From contig DASXVJ010000033.1 of assembly GCA_036504335.1 (NCBI GenBank), positions 97,921 to 161,920 of the forward strand: a DNA stretch of 64,000 nt, read 5' to 3'. Position 1 is the first letter of the stretch. Every line of letters starts with the position of its first letter. Below, in pieces: positions 10,387 through 20,108 of the stretch. The translations under genes were made by a program, and so were the position numbers. This DNA is from Thermoanaerobaculia bacterium. GTDB lineage: Bacteria; Acidobacteriota; Thermoanaerobaculia; UBA5066. The notes beneath the pieces were generated by a model. It was not told the origin of the DNA, searched no databases, and saw nothing but the letters and a program-made list of their open reading frames with translations.

Positions 10387-10650
10387 GTGCGGCGCCGCAG
10401 CCGGCCCGCGCGCCTCGCGCTTCTGACGCTCGGGTGGGTGCTCCTCGCCCTCGGCGTCCTCGGCGGCCTCCTGCCCGTCATCCAGGGCTGGCCGTTCGGC
10501 GTCGCGGGGATGGCGATCCTCTACATCGAGAGCCGGTGGGTGCAGAGGAAGGTCCGCCGCTTCCGCCAGAAGAACCCGAAGTTCGAGCGGACGTGGCTCA
10601 AGGCGCGCGCGTGGCTGCGCGAGAGGCGCCGCGCGAAAAAGAGAGGCTAA
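10387..10650 (+). CDS. small two-TM membrane protein (hypothetical)
   Basis: This is the C-terminal part of track ORF 9793..10650: [39 protein letters not shown], followed by a basic tail. GTG 10387 is chosen because it lies after the upstream gene stop. The start is speculative. Confidence 0.35.
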   Translation: MRRRSRPARLALLTLGWVLLALGVLGGLLPVIQGWPFGVAGMAILYIESRWVQRKVRRFRQKNPKFERTWLKARAWLRERRRAKKRG

Positions 10651-11861
10651 TCCATCTGGCGGCGGAGGAAGGTCGGGATGTCGAAGACGTCCTCGCGCGG
10701 ATCCCGCATGTTGATGAGGTTCACGCCGTAGCCCTGGTCCTCGGGAGTCGGAGGCATCGCGGGCTCGGCGCCCGGCCGCGGCCGCTCCGGCGCGGCGATG
10801 CGGGCTCCGGACGGATTCACCGGGAGAGAGACCTCGCGGCGCGAGGCGAGCGCGGCGGGCGCGTCGAAGCCCGTCGCGATCACGCTGATCTTGACCTCGT
10901 CCTTCATGTCCTTGTCCTGCACGAGGCCGAAGATGACGTTCGCTTCCTCGTCGGCGGCCTGCTGGATGATCGCGCAGGCCTCGTTGACCTCGGCGAGCGT
11001 CAGGTCCTCGCCGCCGGTCACGTTGATGAGGATCGCGCGGGCGCCCTGGATGGACTGCTCTTCGAGGAGCGGGTTCGAGATCGCGCGCTGCGCGGCCTCG
11101 ACGGCGCGGTGCTCGCCGGAGGCCGTGCCCGTGCCCATGAGCGCCATGCCCATGTTCTCCATGACGGTCTTCACGTCCGCGAAGTCGAGATTCACGATGC
11201 CGGGCACCGTGATGAGGTCGCTGATCCCCTGGACGGCCTGGCGCAGGACGTCGTCCGCGATGCGGAAGGCCTCCCACGTCGTGACGTTGCGGTCCACGAA
11301 CGAGTAGAGGCGCTCGTTCGGGATCGTGATGAGCGTGTCCACGTACTCGCGCAGCTCGGCGATGCCGTCCTCGGCGTACCGAAGCTTTCTCCGGCCCTCG
11401 AACGCAAACGGCTTGCTGACGATGGCGACGACGAGCGCCCCGGCTTCGGAGGCGAGCCGCGCGACGACGGGCGCGGCGCCCGTCCCCGTCCCGCCGCCCA
11501 TGCCGGCGGTCACGAAGACCATGTCCGAGCCCGCGAGGACCGCCGTGATCCTTTCGGCGTCCTCGAGGGCCGCGTTGCGGCCCACGTCCGGGTTCGAGCC
11601 CGCGCCCATGCCGCGGGACGTCGTGATCCCGAGCTGCAGCTTCGTCGCCGCCCGGTTCACCTTCAGGACCTGCAGGTCCGTGTTCGCCGCGACGAACTCG
11701 ATCCCCTTGATCCCCGCCTGGATCATCCGGTTGACGGCGTTGCCGCCGCCGCCGCCCACGCCGACGACCTTGATGCGGGCGGGAGGAGCGTTGTCCTCGC
11801 TGAACGTGATCGTCCGCGACGTGCGCTTGGAGCCGGCGTCGTCGTCGTCGAATAGGATCAT
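10647..11861 (-). CDS. ftsZ: cell division GTPase FtsZ
   Basis: 404 aa. Contains the [13 protein letters not shown] tubulin signature and NTDLQ, with a C-terminal DIPTFLRRQ peptide. Confidence 0.97.
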   Translation of the reverse strand: MILFDDDDAGSKRTSRTITFSEDNAPPARIKVVGVGGGGGNAVNRMIQAGIKGIEFVAANTDLQVLKVNRAATKLQLGITTSRGMGAGSNPDVGRNAALEDAERITAVLAGSDMVFVTAGMGGGTGTGAAPVVARLASEAGALVVAIVSKPFAFEGRRKLRYAEDGIAELREYVDTLITIPNERLYSFVDRNVTTWEAFRIADDVLRQAVQGISDLITVPGIVNLDFADVKTVMENMGMALMGTGTASGEHRAVEAAQRAISNPLLEEQSIQGARAILINVTGGEDLTLAEVNEACAIIQQAADEEANVIFGLVQDKDMKDEVKISVIATGFDAPAALASRREVSLPVNPSGARIAAPERPRPGAEPAMPPTPEDQGYGVNLINMRDPREDVFDIPTFLRRQMD

Positions 11862-11880
11862 TTTCTTTCCTCCATCGATA

Positions 11881-13128
11881 TCACAGAGCGGTGGACGAGG
11901 GGAACAGGTTTCGGAAGCTGCCTTTGATCTTGTCGAGGAACCCGGGCGACGCGCCCCGGTTGCGCCGCCGGGCCGTGGCCGCGGCGCCGCGCCCGTAGAG
12001 CAGGAGCCCCGCGGCGCAGGCCCACTCGGGCGACGCGACGATGTCCGTCAGGCCGCCGAGCCCGCGCGGGACGCCCCGGCGGACGGCGATCCCGAGGACC
12101 TGCTCGGCGACCTCGAGAAGGCCGTAGAGCTCGGAGCCGCCGCCCGTCAGGACGAGCCCGGCGCGCAGCTCGCCGGCGGGCACCTCGCGGACGGACTCTT
12201 CCCACAGGAGCGTGAGGAGCTCCTCGGCGCGCGGCTGGAGGATCTCGGCGATCTCGCGCCGCTTGACGGGATGGACGCCGCGGCCGCCCGTGAGCGGCAC
12301 GTCGATCGAGTCGGATTCGTTCACGAGCGCCGCGAGCGCGGCGCCGTGCTTCCTCTTGAGGCGCTCGGCGTCGGGCACGGGCGTCTTGAGAACGACCGCG
12401 AGGTCGTTCGTGAAGTGGTCTCCCCCGACGGGCAGGACGGACGTGTGCGCGAGCGTCCCGTGGCGCCAGACGGCGATCTCGGTCGTGCCGCCGCCGATGT
12501 CGGCCAGGACGACGCCCAGCTCGCGCTCGTCGGCCGTGAGTACGGCCTCGCTCGCGGCCAGGGGCTCGAGGACCATCTCGATGACCTCGACGCCCGCCCG
12601 GTTGACGCAGTTCAGCAGGTTCTGCGTCGTGGCGACGGGGACCGTCACGACGTGAACGTCGGCCTCGAGGCGGCTGCCGACCATGCCGAGCGGGTCCGCC
12701 ACGCCGTCCTGGCCGTCGACGACGAACTCGCGCGGGAGGACGTGGAGGATCTCGAACTCGGAGGGGATCGGCACGGACCGGGCCGCGTCGAGCGAGCGCT
12801 GGATGTCCTCGCGCGAGATCTCGCGGTTCTTGGCGGCGACCGCGACGACCTGCCGGCTGTTGAACGACTTGACCGCGGGGCCCGCGACGCCCACGACGGC
12901 GCGCTCGATCTGGGCTCCGGCCATGATCTCGGCCTCCTCCGTCGCGCGCTTGATCGCGTCCACGGTGGCCGGCACGTCGATGATCGCGCCCTTGCGCGCG
13001 CCCTTGTGGGCGGCGGTGCCCTTCCCGATGATGTCGATCTTTCCGGCCGCGTCCGACTCCGCGATGAGGGCGCACACCTTCGTCGATCCGATGTCGAGGC
13101 TGACGAGGTACGGCGTGGTCTTTGGCAT
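11881..13128 (-). CDS. ftsA: cell division protein FtsA
   Basis: 415 aa. Actin-like fold motifs DIGSTKV and DIGGGTTE. Sits in the conserved position upstream of ftsZ. Confidence 0.95.
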   Translation of the reverse strand: MPKTTPYLVSLDIGSTKVCALIAESDAAGKIDIIGKGTAAHKGARKGAIIDVPATVDAIKRATEEAEIMAGAQIERAVVGVAGPAVKSFNSRQVVAVAAKNREISREDIQRSLDAARSVPIPSEFEILHVLPREFVVDGQDGVADPLGMVGSRLEADVHVVTVPVATTQNLLNCVNRAGVEVIEMVLEPLAASEAVLTADERELGVVLADIGGGTTEIAVWRHGTLAHTSVLPVGGDHFTNDLAVVLKTPVPDAERLKRKHGAALAALVNESDSIDVPLTGGRGVHPVKRREIAEILQPRAEELLTLLWEESVREVPAGELRAGLVLTGGGSELYGLLEVAEQVLGIAVRRGVPRGLGGLTDIVASPEWACAAGLLLYGRGAAATARRRNRGASPGFLDKIKGSFRNLFPSSTAL

Positions 13129-13138
13129 CCGTTAACCC

Positions 13139-13948
13139 TTAGGTCTTTCCGCGTCCGGTGTCGCCGGGCGCCTTCAGGACGATGCGGCCCGCGAAGCGCA
13201 GGTCCGCGTCGGAAGTCGGGAACGCGTTGCGCTCGAGCTCCGGGAGGAGCGCGAGGTACGCCCGCCAGATGGAAGCCGCGCGCCCCGGCGTCGAGGCGTC
13301 AGGCCCGAAGAGGAGCCGGCACGATGCGACGCGGTCCGTGACGGCGAAGCCCTCCGGCACGACGGCGACCTCGGACGCGCGGGCAAGGAGGTCGGAGTCC
13401 TCCGTCCGGAGGATGTCGAGGAATGCGGCCCCCCGCGTGCGGGCCGCCTCGGTTGCCGCGCCCGAGAGCACCACGAAGTCGTCCTCCCGGCCGAGGGCGC
13501 GCCCGCCGTAGGGCCCGATGAAGCTGCCCGTGCGGTCCACCGTCCAGAGCTCGCCGCCCTTGTCCTCCCGGACGGCGATGGCGACCGGGGGCCGCGCGAC
13601 GACGACCACCGCGATCGTGCCCGGCACGACGCGTCTTGCGGAGGCGGACGCCACCCACGAGCGCTTCGAGAGCTCGCCGACGGGCCCCTGGAGGTCGACG
13701 AAGAGCGCCGGGCGGCCGATCCAGCCGTCCGTGAGCTCCTCGGCCTCGGCGCGCCGCGCCTCGGGCACGCCCTCGAGGACGACGCGCGTCACCGCGAAGC
13801 GCGGATGCGTCCGCAGAACCACGAAGCCCGAGAGCCCGAGCGCGGCGAGGAAGAGGACCGTGAGGCCCGGAACGATGAGACGCCTCCCCGACCGGCGCCG
13901 CATGGGGCGCACGGTGCGGGACGAAGGCGGCCGGTAGAACGAACTCAT
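13139..13948 (-). CDS. ftsQ: cell division protein FtsQ (POTRA)
   Basis: 269 aa. One N-terminal TM helix followed by a POTRA-like segment (FAVTRVVLEG). Its position between murC and ftsA supports the call. Confidence 0.8.
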   Translation of the reverse strand: MSSFYRPPSSRTVRPMRRRSGRRLIVPGLTVLFLAALGLSGFVVLRTHPRFAVTRVVLEGVPEARRAEAEELTDGWIGRPALFVDLQGPVGELSKRSWVASASARRVVPGTIAVVVVARPPVAIAVREDKGGELWTVDRTGSFIGPYGGRALGREDDFVVLSGAATEAARTRGAAFLDILRTEDSDLLARASEVAVVPEGFAVTDRVASCRLLFGPDASTPGRAASIWRAYLALLPELERNAFPTSDADLRFAGRIVLKAPGDTGRGKT

Positions 13949-15405
13949 CTGTTTTCGGATGAAGAAGAAGATTTCTTGGAAGGTGTTGGCTGCGGTTGAG
14001 CACCCGCGTCCGGCGGTGCGGTGACCTGGCCTGCGATCTCCTTCACTCGAAGAAACTCTTCTCCGAAATGCAACACATCACCCGCGCCCATCGTGATGAG
14101 GAGGTCGCCGTCCTTGAGTTCCCACTCGAGGGCGTCGAGGATGTCCTTGCGGTCGGTGATGAAGCGTGCGGCGCGGTGCCCGCGCGCGGTCGCGGCATCC
14201 GCGACGAGCGCGCCCGTGACGCCCTCGCGCGGGGCCTCGCGCGAGCCGTAGACCGGCGTCACGAGCAGGACGTCGGCGTTCAGGAACGCGGCGCCGAACA
14301 GGTGCGCCATGTCCTTCGTCCGCGAGTAGAGGTGCGGCTGGAAGAGGGCGACGATCCGCCGGTCGGGATACGACTGGCGGGCCGCGGCGAGCGTCGCGGC
14401 CACTTCCGTCGGATGGTGGGCGTAGTCGTCGATCACGATCACGCCCGCGCGCTCGCCCTTCTTCTCGAAGCGCCGGATGACGCCCTGGAATTCCGCGAGC
14501 GCGCGCGAAGCCGTCGCGAACGGGATCGAGAGCTCCCGCGCGACCGCGAGCGCGCCGAGGGCGTTCTTGATGTTGTGGAGACCGGGAATCCGCAGCGACA
14601 CGGCGCCCGTGAACTCGCGGTCCGCGAACGCGACGAAGCGCGAGCCCGTGCGCTCGAGGACGACGTCGCGCGCCGTGAGGTCCGCCTGAGGCGTGAGCCC
14701 GTACGTCACGACGCGCCGGGAGACGAGCGGGCGGATCTCCTGCACGTGCGGGTCGTCCAGGCCGAGGATCGCGGCCCCGAAGAACGGGACGCTCCGCGCG
14801 AATCGCGCGAACGTCTCCTGCAGGTCCTGAAGGTCGCGGTACGTGTCGAGGTGCTCGAGGTCGATGTTGTTGATGAGGGCGAGCATCGGCGAGAGCGCGA
14901 GGAACGAGCGGTCGAACTCGTCCGCTTCGGCCACGAGGTACTCGCCGCGCCCGAGGCGCGCCGTGCCGACCTCGCGCATCCGCCCGCCGACGATGATCGT
15001 CGGGTCGAGCCCCGCCTCCATGAGGATCGCGCCCGTCATCGAGGTCGTCGTCGTCTTGCCGTGCGTCCCGGCGATCGCGATCCCGCGCTTGACGCGCATG
15101 ACCTCCGCGAGCATCTCGGCGCGCTTGATGACGGGAATGCCCATGCTGCGCGCGGTCGCGACCTCGGGGTTCGAGTCGTGGACGGCGCTCGAGTAGACGA
15201 CGACGTCGGCGCCCTGCACGTTCTCGGCGTGGTGCCCGAGGAAGACCGGGATGCCGAGCGTGCGGAGCCGGAGCACCTGCTCGCCCTCCGAGAGGTCCGA
15301 ACCCGTCACCTCGAGGCCGACGCTCTTGAGAAGCTCGGCGAGGCCCGACATGCCGATGCCGCCGATCCCGACGAAATGCAGACGCTTGACGCGCAAAAAG
15401 TTCAT
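13945..15405 (-). CDS. murC: UDP-N-acetylmuramate--L-alanine ligase MurC
   Basis: The start was re-derived at ATG 15405 (MNFLRVKRLHFVGIGGIGMSGLAE...). GTHGKTTTT P-loop present. 486 aa. The track ORF 13945..16158 is an upstream read-through. ATGA overlap with ftsQ. Confidence 0.93.
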   Translation of the reverse strand: MNFLRVKRLHFVGIGGIGMSGLAELLKSVGLEVTGSDLSEGEQVLRLRTLGIPVFLGHHAENVQGADVVVYSSAVHDSNPEVATARSMGIPVIKRAEMLAEVMRVKRGIAIAGTHGKTTTTSMTGAILMEAGLDPTIIVGGRMREVGTARLGRGEYLVAEADEFDRSFLALSPMLALINNIDLEHLDTYRDLQDLQETFARFARSVPFFGAAILGLDDPHVQEIRPLVSRRVVTYGLTPQADLTARDVVLERTGSRFVAFADREFTGAVSLRIPGLHNIKNALGALAVARELSIPFATASRALAEFQGVIRRFEKKGERAGVIVIDDYAHHPTEVAATLAAARQSYPDRRIVALFQPHLYSRTKDMAHLFGAAFLNADVLLVTPVYGSREAPREGVTGALVADAATARGHRAARFITDRKDILDALEWELKDGDLLITMGAGDVLHFGEEFLRVKEIAGQVTAPPDAGAQPQPTPSKKSSSSSENR

Positions 15406-16520
15406 TTCCGACTCGCTTCCGCTTCGAACACGATTTCGCACAGCCGCGCCGCGGCGTCCGGCTTCGCGGCGCGGCGCGCGGCTTCCCCCATCGAGAGGAG
15501 CCGCGCGGGATCCCGGAGAAGCGCCGCCACGGCGTCGCCCACGCTCTGCTCCGTCGCCTCGGGCTCGGTGAGGACCGCCGCGGCGCCCTCCGTCTCGAGA
15601 GCGCGAGCGTTCGCCTCCTGGTGGCCGTGCGTCGCGCCTGCGAACGGGACGAAGAGCGCGGGGCGACCCGCCGCCGCGACCTCCGCGACCGTCATCGCTC
15701 CGGCGCGCGCGACGACCAGGTCCGCCGCCGCGAACGCGTCCGGCATGTCGTGGACGAACTCGCGGACGGAAACGCGATCTCCCGCCAGCCCGTGCTTTTC
15801 GTAGAGCGCCTTGACCTCCGCGGCCCGGCCCTTCCCGGCCTGATGAACCGCCGTGAAGGAAACGCCCGCCGCAGCCGCGAGCGCGAGCGCCCCCGGCAGG
15901 ATCCGGTTCAGGATGGCGGCGCCCTGGCTGCCCCCCACCACGAGCAGACGCATCCGGCGCGGCGTCTCGCGCGCCCCGAGAGAGGGAGCCTCGAAGAATT
16001 CCCCTCTCACCGGATTCCCAACCGCCACGCCGCCCAGGCACGAGGCGCCGGCCTCCGTCCCCGTTGCGATCCGCGTCGCGATCCGCGCGAGGAGGCGGTT
16101 CGTGAGCCCGGGGACGGCGTTCTGCTCGTGGATGACGGTCGGGATGCGCCGCGCCCACGCGGTCGCGACGAGCGGGCCCGAGGCATAGCCTCCGACGCCG
16201 ACGACGGTCCGCGGCGCGTGGCGCCCGAGGATGCCGATCGAGTCGGCGAGCGCGAGCGGGAGCGCGAGGAGGCCCTCGAGCCGCGCCCGGACGCCCTTGC
16301 CGACGAGGCCCTTCGCGCGCACGAACTCGAGCGGCCAGCCCGCGCGCGGGACGAGGTCCGTCTCGAGGCCGCGGCGCGTGCCGACGAAGACGATCGGCGC
16401 GTCGGGCCGCCGCCGCCGGATCTCGCCCGCGAGGGCGAGCGCGGGGAACACGTGCCCGCCCGTCCCGCCGCCCGCGATCAGGAAGCCGCCCGTGGCCGGG
16501 GAGTGCGCGGCGTTCGTCAT
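15402..16520 (-). CDS. murG: MurG (lipid II glycosyltransferase)
   Basis: The start was re-derived at ATG 16520 (MTNAAHSPATGGFLIAGGGTGGHVFPALA...). 372 aa. 4-nt overlap with murC. Confidence 0.93.
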   Translation of the reverse strand: MTNAAHSPATGGFLIAGGGTGGHVFPALALAGEIRRRRPDAPIVFVGTRRGLETDLVPRAGWPLEFVRAKGLVGKGVRARLEGLLALPLALADSIGILGRHAPRTVVGVGGYASGPLVATAWARRIPTVIHEQNAVPGLTNRLLARIATRIATGTEAGASCLGGVAVGNPVRGEFFEAPSLGARETPRRMRLLVVGGSQGAAILNRILPGALALAAAAGVSFTAVHQAGKGRAAEVKALYEKHGLAGDRVSVREFVHDMPDAFAAADLVVARAGAMTVAEVAAAGRPALFVPFAGATHGHQEANARALETEGAAAVLTEPEATEQSVGDAVAALLRDPARLLSMGEAARRAAKPDAAARLCEIVFEAEASRK

Positions 16521-17620
16521 GACGCGTGCTGGGAGAGGTTGAGGAGGATCCCCACGGCGAGGAGATCGGCCCAGAGCGCCGACCCGCCGTACGAGAGGAA
16601 CGGCAGCGGGATCCCCTTGGTGGGCACGAGGGAGAGGACGACGGAGATGTTGATCAGCGCCTGCACGACGATCATCACGGAAAGGCCGATGCCGAGGAGC
16701 CGCCCGAACGAGTCGGGCGCGTTCACCGCGGCGCGCACCCCGCGCGCGAAGACGAGGCCGAAGAGCGCGAGCACGGCGACGCACCCGACGAGGCCGAGCT
16801 CCTCGCCGACGATCGCGAAGATGAAGTCCGTGTACGGGTACGGCAGGAAGAACAGCTTCTGCTTGCCCTCGCCGAGCCCGAGGCCCGTGACGCCGCCCGT
16901 CCCGACCGCGATGAGGGACTGGATCGCGTGGAAGCCCTTGCCGAGCGGGTCCAGCTCCGGGTGCAGGAACGCCGTGAGGCGGTCGCGGCGGTACTGCGCG
17001 GACAGGACCCACGCCGAGAGCGTCGGGACGAGGAGGAGCGCCGAGCCGAAGAACCACCGGAACGGGAGGCCCGCGAAGAACAGCATCGCGCCCGCGACGA
17101 CGAAGTACGTGAAGGCGGTTCCGAAGTCCGGCTCGAGGAGGACGAGGCCCGCGGGCACGGCGACGAGCCCAAGCACGGGCAGCAGGGTTCGCGTCGGAAG
17201 ATCCATCTCGCCCTCGCGGCGCGAGAGGAGGGCCGCGAGGGCGATCACGAGGCCGACCTTCGCGAACTCCGACGGCTGCACCGACATGAACCCGAGCGCG
17301 AGCCACCGGCGCGCGCCGTTCACCGGCGCGCGAAAGAGCACCGCGACGAGGGCCACCGCGAGGACCGCGAGGAGGACGCCGATGAGGCGCGGGTCGTTTA
17401 GGCGCCGGTAGTCGATGGACATCGCCGCGAACGCGAGGAGCGCTCCGACCGCGACGGCGATCGTCTGCTTGAGGACGAAGAAATACGGGCCCGCCGGGGC
17501 GGACGACGACGCCAGCGTGGCCTGCAGCGACGACGCGCTGTAGATCATGAGGAGACCCGTCCCGACGAGGAGGAGGACCGAGCCGAACAGGAGGCGGTCG
17601 GAGGCCAGCTTCTTGGCCAT
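16517..17620 (-). CDS. ftsW: FtsW (SEDS family lipid II polymerase/flippase)
   Basis: The start was re-derived at ATG 17620 (MAKKLASDRLLFGSVLLLVGTGLLMIYSAS...). 367 aa, polytopic, with SEDS motifs (QPSEFAK, LPFLSYGGS). Confidence 0.9.
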   Translation of the reverse strand: MAKKLASDRLLFGSVLLLVGTGLLMIYSASSLQATLASSSAPAGPYFFVLKQTIAVAVGALLAFAAMSIDYRRLNDPRLIGVLLAVLAVALVAVLFRAPVNGARRWLALGFMSVQPSEFAKVGLVIALAALLSRREGEMDLPTRTLLPVLGLVAVPAGLVLLEPDFGTAFTYFVVAGAMLFFAGLPFRWFFGSALLLVPTLSAWVLSAQYRRDRLTAFLHPELDPLGKGFHAIQSLIAVGTGGVTGLGLGEGKQKLFFLPYPYTDFIFAIVGEELGLVGCVAVLALFGLVFARGVRAAVNAPDSFGRLLGIGLSVMIVVQALINISVVLSLVPTKGIPLPFLSYGGSALWADLLAVGILLNLSQHAS

Positions 17621-19026
17621 CACCCCACCTTCCCGGCGAGCTCGGGCAGCGCGCGGACGAGCTCCTCGAACACGTCGCCGCGGTGCTCGAAGTTCCGGAA
17701 CTGATCGAAGGACGCGCACGCGGGCGACAGGAGCACGGCGTCGCCTGCGGCGGCGCGGCGCGCGGCCTCTTCCACGGCTTTCTCGAGCGTGCCGGCGAGG
17801 ACGACGTCGACGCCCGGCACCGCCGCGAGCGCTTTCGCGACCGCGGGGGCGGCCTTGCCGATCGCGAGAATCGTCCGCGTCTTCTTTGCCGCGAGGGGCG
17901 CGAGCCGGCCGAAATCGTCGCCCTTGTCCTTGCCGCCGAGGATGAGGTGCACGCGAGCGTCGTCGAAGCCCTCGAGGCTCTTGAGCGTCGCGTCGACGTT
18001 CGTGCCCTTCGAGTCGTTCCACCACGTGACGCCGCCGAGCGTCCGCACGAGGACCGTGCGGTGCGGAAGGCCGCGGAAGCCGCGGAACGTCTCGACGGCC
18101 GACTCGGGCGTGACGCCGAGCGGCAGAGTCGCCGCAAGCGCTGCGAGCGCGTTCTCGACGTTGTGCGCTCCCGGAAGGGCGAGGTCCGCGCGCCGGGCGA
18201 TGACGCGCGGGCCCTTGCCCGTGACGTCCGCGACGAAGAGGTCGTCCTTGAGCCACGCCCCGAGCGCGGGCTGCGCGGCGCGCGAGAACTCGAAGCGCCG
18301 GGCTCGCGGCCGGATCCGCGCGACGAGCGCGTCGTCGGCGTTCAGGACGGCGACCTGCGCCTCGCGCTGGTTTTCGAAGATCCGCGCCTTCGCGGCGCCG
18401 TAGTCGTCCATCGAACGGTACCGGTCGAGGTGGTCCGGCGTGAGGTTCAGGTGGACGGCCACGTCGGGCGCGAAGCGCCGGATGCCCTCGAGCTGGAAGG
18501 ACGAAAGCTCGACGACCCACGTCTTCGGGGCCGACCCGTTGCCGTTCGCGCCCGCCTTCGTCGCGAACGAGATCCAGGGCGTCCCGTAGTTGCCGCAGGC
18601 GATGGCCGCGTGGCCCGCGGCCTTCAGAAGCGCCGCCGCAAGAGCCGTCGTCGTGGACTTGCCGTTCGTGCCCGTGATCCCGACGACGACGCCCGGCAGG
18701 AGGCGCGAGGCGAGCTCGACCTCGGAGACGACGGGAATCGCCCGCGCGCGCGCGGCGTCGAAGACCGGCAGCGTGAGCGGGATCCCGGGCGAGACGACGA
18801 CGAGGTCCACGCCGTCGAGGATCGAGAGGGGGTGTCCGCCGAGCTCCCAGCGGACGCCGGCGAGCGCGGGCAGGTCGCCCATCTCGGCTGCGTCCTTCGC
18901 GTCCGTGCCGACGACGGCGACGCCGCGCTCGGCGAGCGCGGTGACCGCGGCCCGGCCGGAGCGCGCGAGGCCGAAGACCGCCGCGGCGCGGATCTCGGGC
19001 AGGTCGGGACCGACGTCGACGCTCAT
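17620..19026 (-). CDS. murD: MurD (UDP-MurNAc-L-Ala--D-Glu ligase)
   Basis: The start was re-derived at ATG 19026 (MSVDVGPDL...). GITGTNGKSTTT P-loop. 468 aa. Confidence 0.9.
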   Translation of the reverse strand: MSVDVGPDLPEIRAAAVFGLARSGRAAVTALAERGVAVVGTDAKDAAEMGDLPALAGVRWELGGHPLSILDGVDLVVVSPGIPLTLPVFDAARARAIPVVSEVELASRLLPGVVVGITGTNGKSTTTALAAALLKAAGHAAIACGNYGTPWISFATKAGANGNGSAPKTWVVELSSFQLEGIRRFAPDVAVHLNLTPDHLDRYRSMDDYGAAKARIFENQREAQVAVLNADDALVARIRPRARRFEFSRAAQPALGAWLKDDLFVADVTGKGPRVIARRADLALPGAHNVENALAALAATLPLGVTPESAVETFRGFRGLPHRTVLVRTLGGVTWWNDSKGTNVDATLKSLEGFDDARVHLILGGKDKGDDFGRLAPLAAKKTRTILAIGKAAPAVAKALAAVPGVDVVLAGTLEKAVEEAARRAAAGDAVLLSPACASFDQFRNFEHRGDVFEELVRALPELAGKVG

Positions 19027-20108
19027 CGCAGCTTCAGCGACCCCAGCGCCACGAGCGCGAAGAGGATCGCGACGATCCAGAACCGGATGATGACCTTCGA
19101 CTCCGCCCATCCGAGCAGCTCGAAGTGGTGGTGGAGCGGCGCCATCCGGAAGATGCGCTTGCCCGTGAGCTTGAAGGAACCCACCTGCAGGATGACGGAC
19201 ACCGCCTCGACCACGAAGAGCCCGCCGACGAGGACGAGCAGGATTTCCTGCTTGATGAGGACGGCGACGGTCCCGAGCGCGGCGCCGAGGGCGAGCGAGC
19301 CCGTGTCGCCCATGAAGACCTCGGCCGGGTGGGCGTTGAACCAGAGAAAGCCCAGCGAGGCGCCGACGATCGCGGCGCAGAAGACCGCGAGCTCTCCCGT
19401 GCCGGGCACGTACGGGACGAGGAGGTACGTCGCGGCCCGCGCGTTGCCCGCGATGTACGCGAGGATCGCGAACGTCCCGGATGCGACCAGCGTCGCGCCG
19501 ATCGCGAGCCCGTCGAGGCCGTCCGTGAGGTTCACCGCGTTCGAGGATCCGACGACGACGACGGCGGCGAAGAGCACGTAGAAAGCGCCGAGGTCCGGGC
19601 GGACGTTCTTGAGGAACGGGAAGGCGACGTGCGCCGCGTCGACGCGTCCCTCGAAGACGCTCACGGCCGCCCAGCCGACCGCGAGGCCGATCACGGCCTG
19701 CAGGACGAGCTTCTGGCGTCCCGAGAGGCCGCGGTTCTGCTTGCGCGACACCTTGCGCCAGTCGTCCCCGACGCCGATCGCCATCGCCAGGACGGTCGCG
19801 CCGAGCGCGACCCACACGTAGCGGTTCGTCAGGTCCGCGAAGAGGAGCGTCGGGACGACGATCGCGAGGTTGATGAGGACGCCGCCCATCGTCGGCGTGC
19901 CCGCCTTGGCCTGGTGCGCCTTCGGCCCCTCCTCGCGGATGGACTGGCCGATCTGCCGCGAGCGCAGCCAGCGGATGAGGCCGGGGCCGAGGAACACGGC
20001 GAGGAGCAGCGCCATGAGCGCCGCGTTCGCCGCGCGGAACGTGATGTACCGGAAGACGCCGAGAACCGGCACCTTCCCGAAGAACGGGTGGAGGAGCCAC
20101 GGGATCAT
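19023..20108 (-). CDS. mraY: MraY (phospho-MurNAc-pentapeptide translocase)
   Basis: The start was re-derived at ATG 20108 (MIPWLLHPFF...). Contains KAGTPTMGG, NAVNLTDGLDGLA and HHHFE motifs. 361 aa. Confidence 0.95.
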   Translation of the reverse strand: MIPWLLHPFFGKVPVLGVFRYITFRAANAALMALLLAVFLGPGLIRWLRSRQIGQSIREEGPKAHQAKAGTPTMGGVLINLAIVVPTLLFADLTNRYVWVALGATVLAMAIGVGDDWRKVSRKQNRGLSGRQKLVLQAVIGLAVGWAAVSVFEGRVDAAHVAFPFLKNVRPDLGAFYVLFAAVVVVGSSNAVNLTDGLDGLAIGATLVASGTFAILAYIAGNARAATYLLVPYVPGTGELAVFCAAIVGASLGFLWFNAHPAEVFMGDTGSLALGAALGTVAVLIKQEILLVLVGGLFVVEAVSVILQVGSFKLTGKRIFRMAPLHHHFELLGWAESKVIIRFWIVAILFALVALGSLKLR

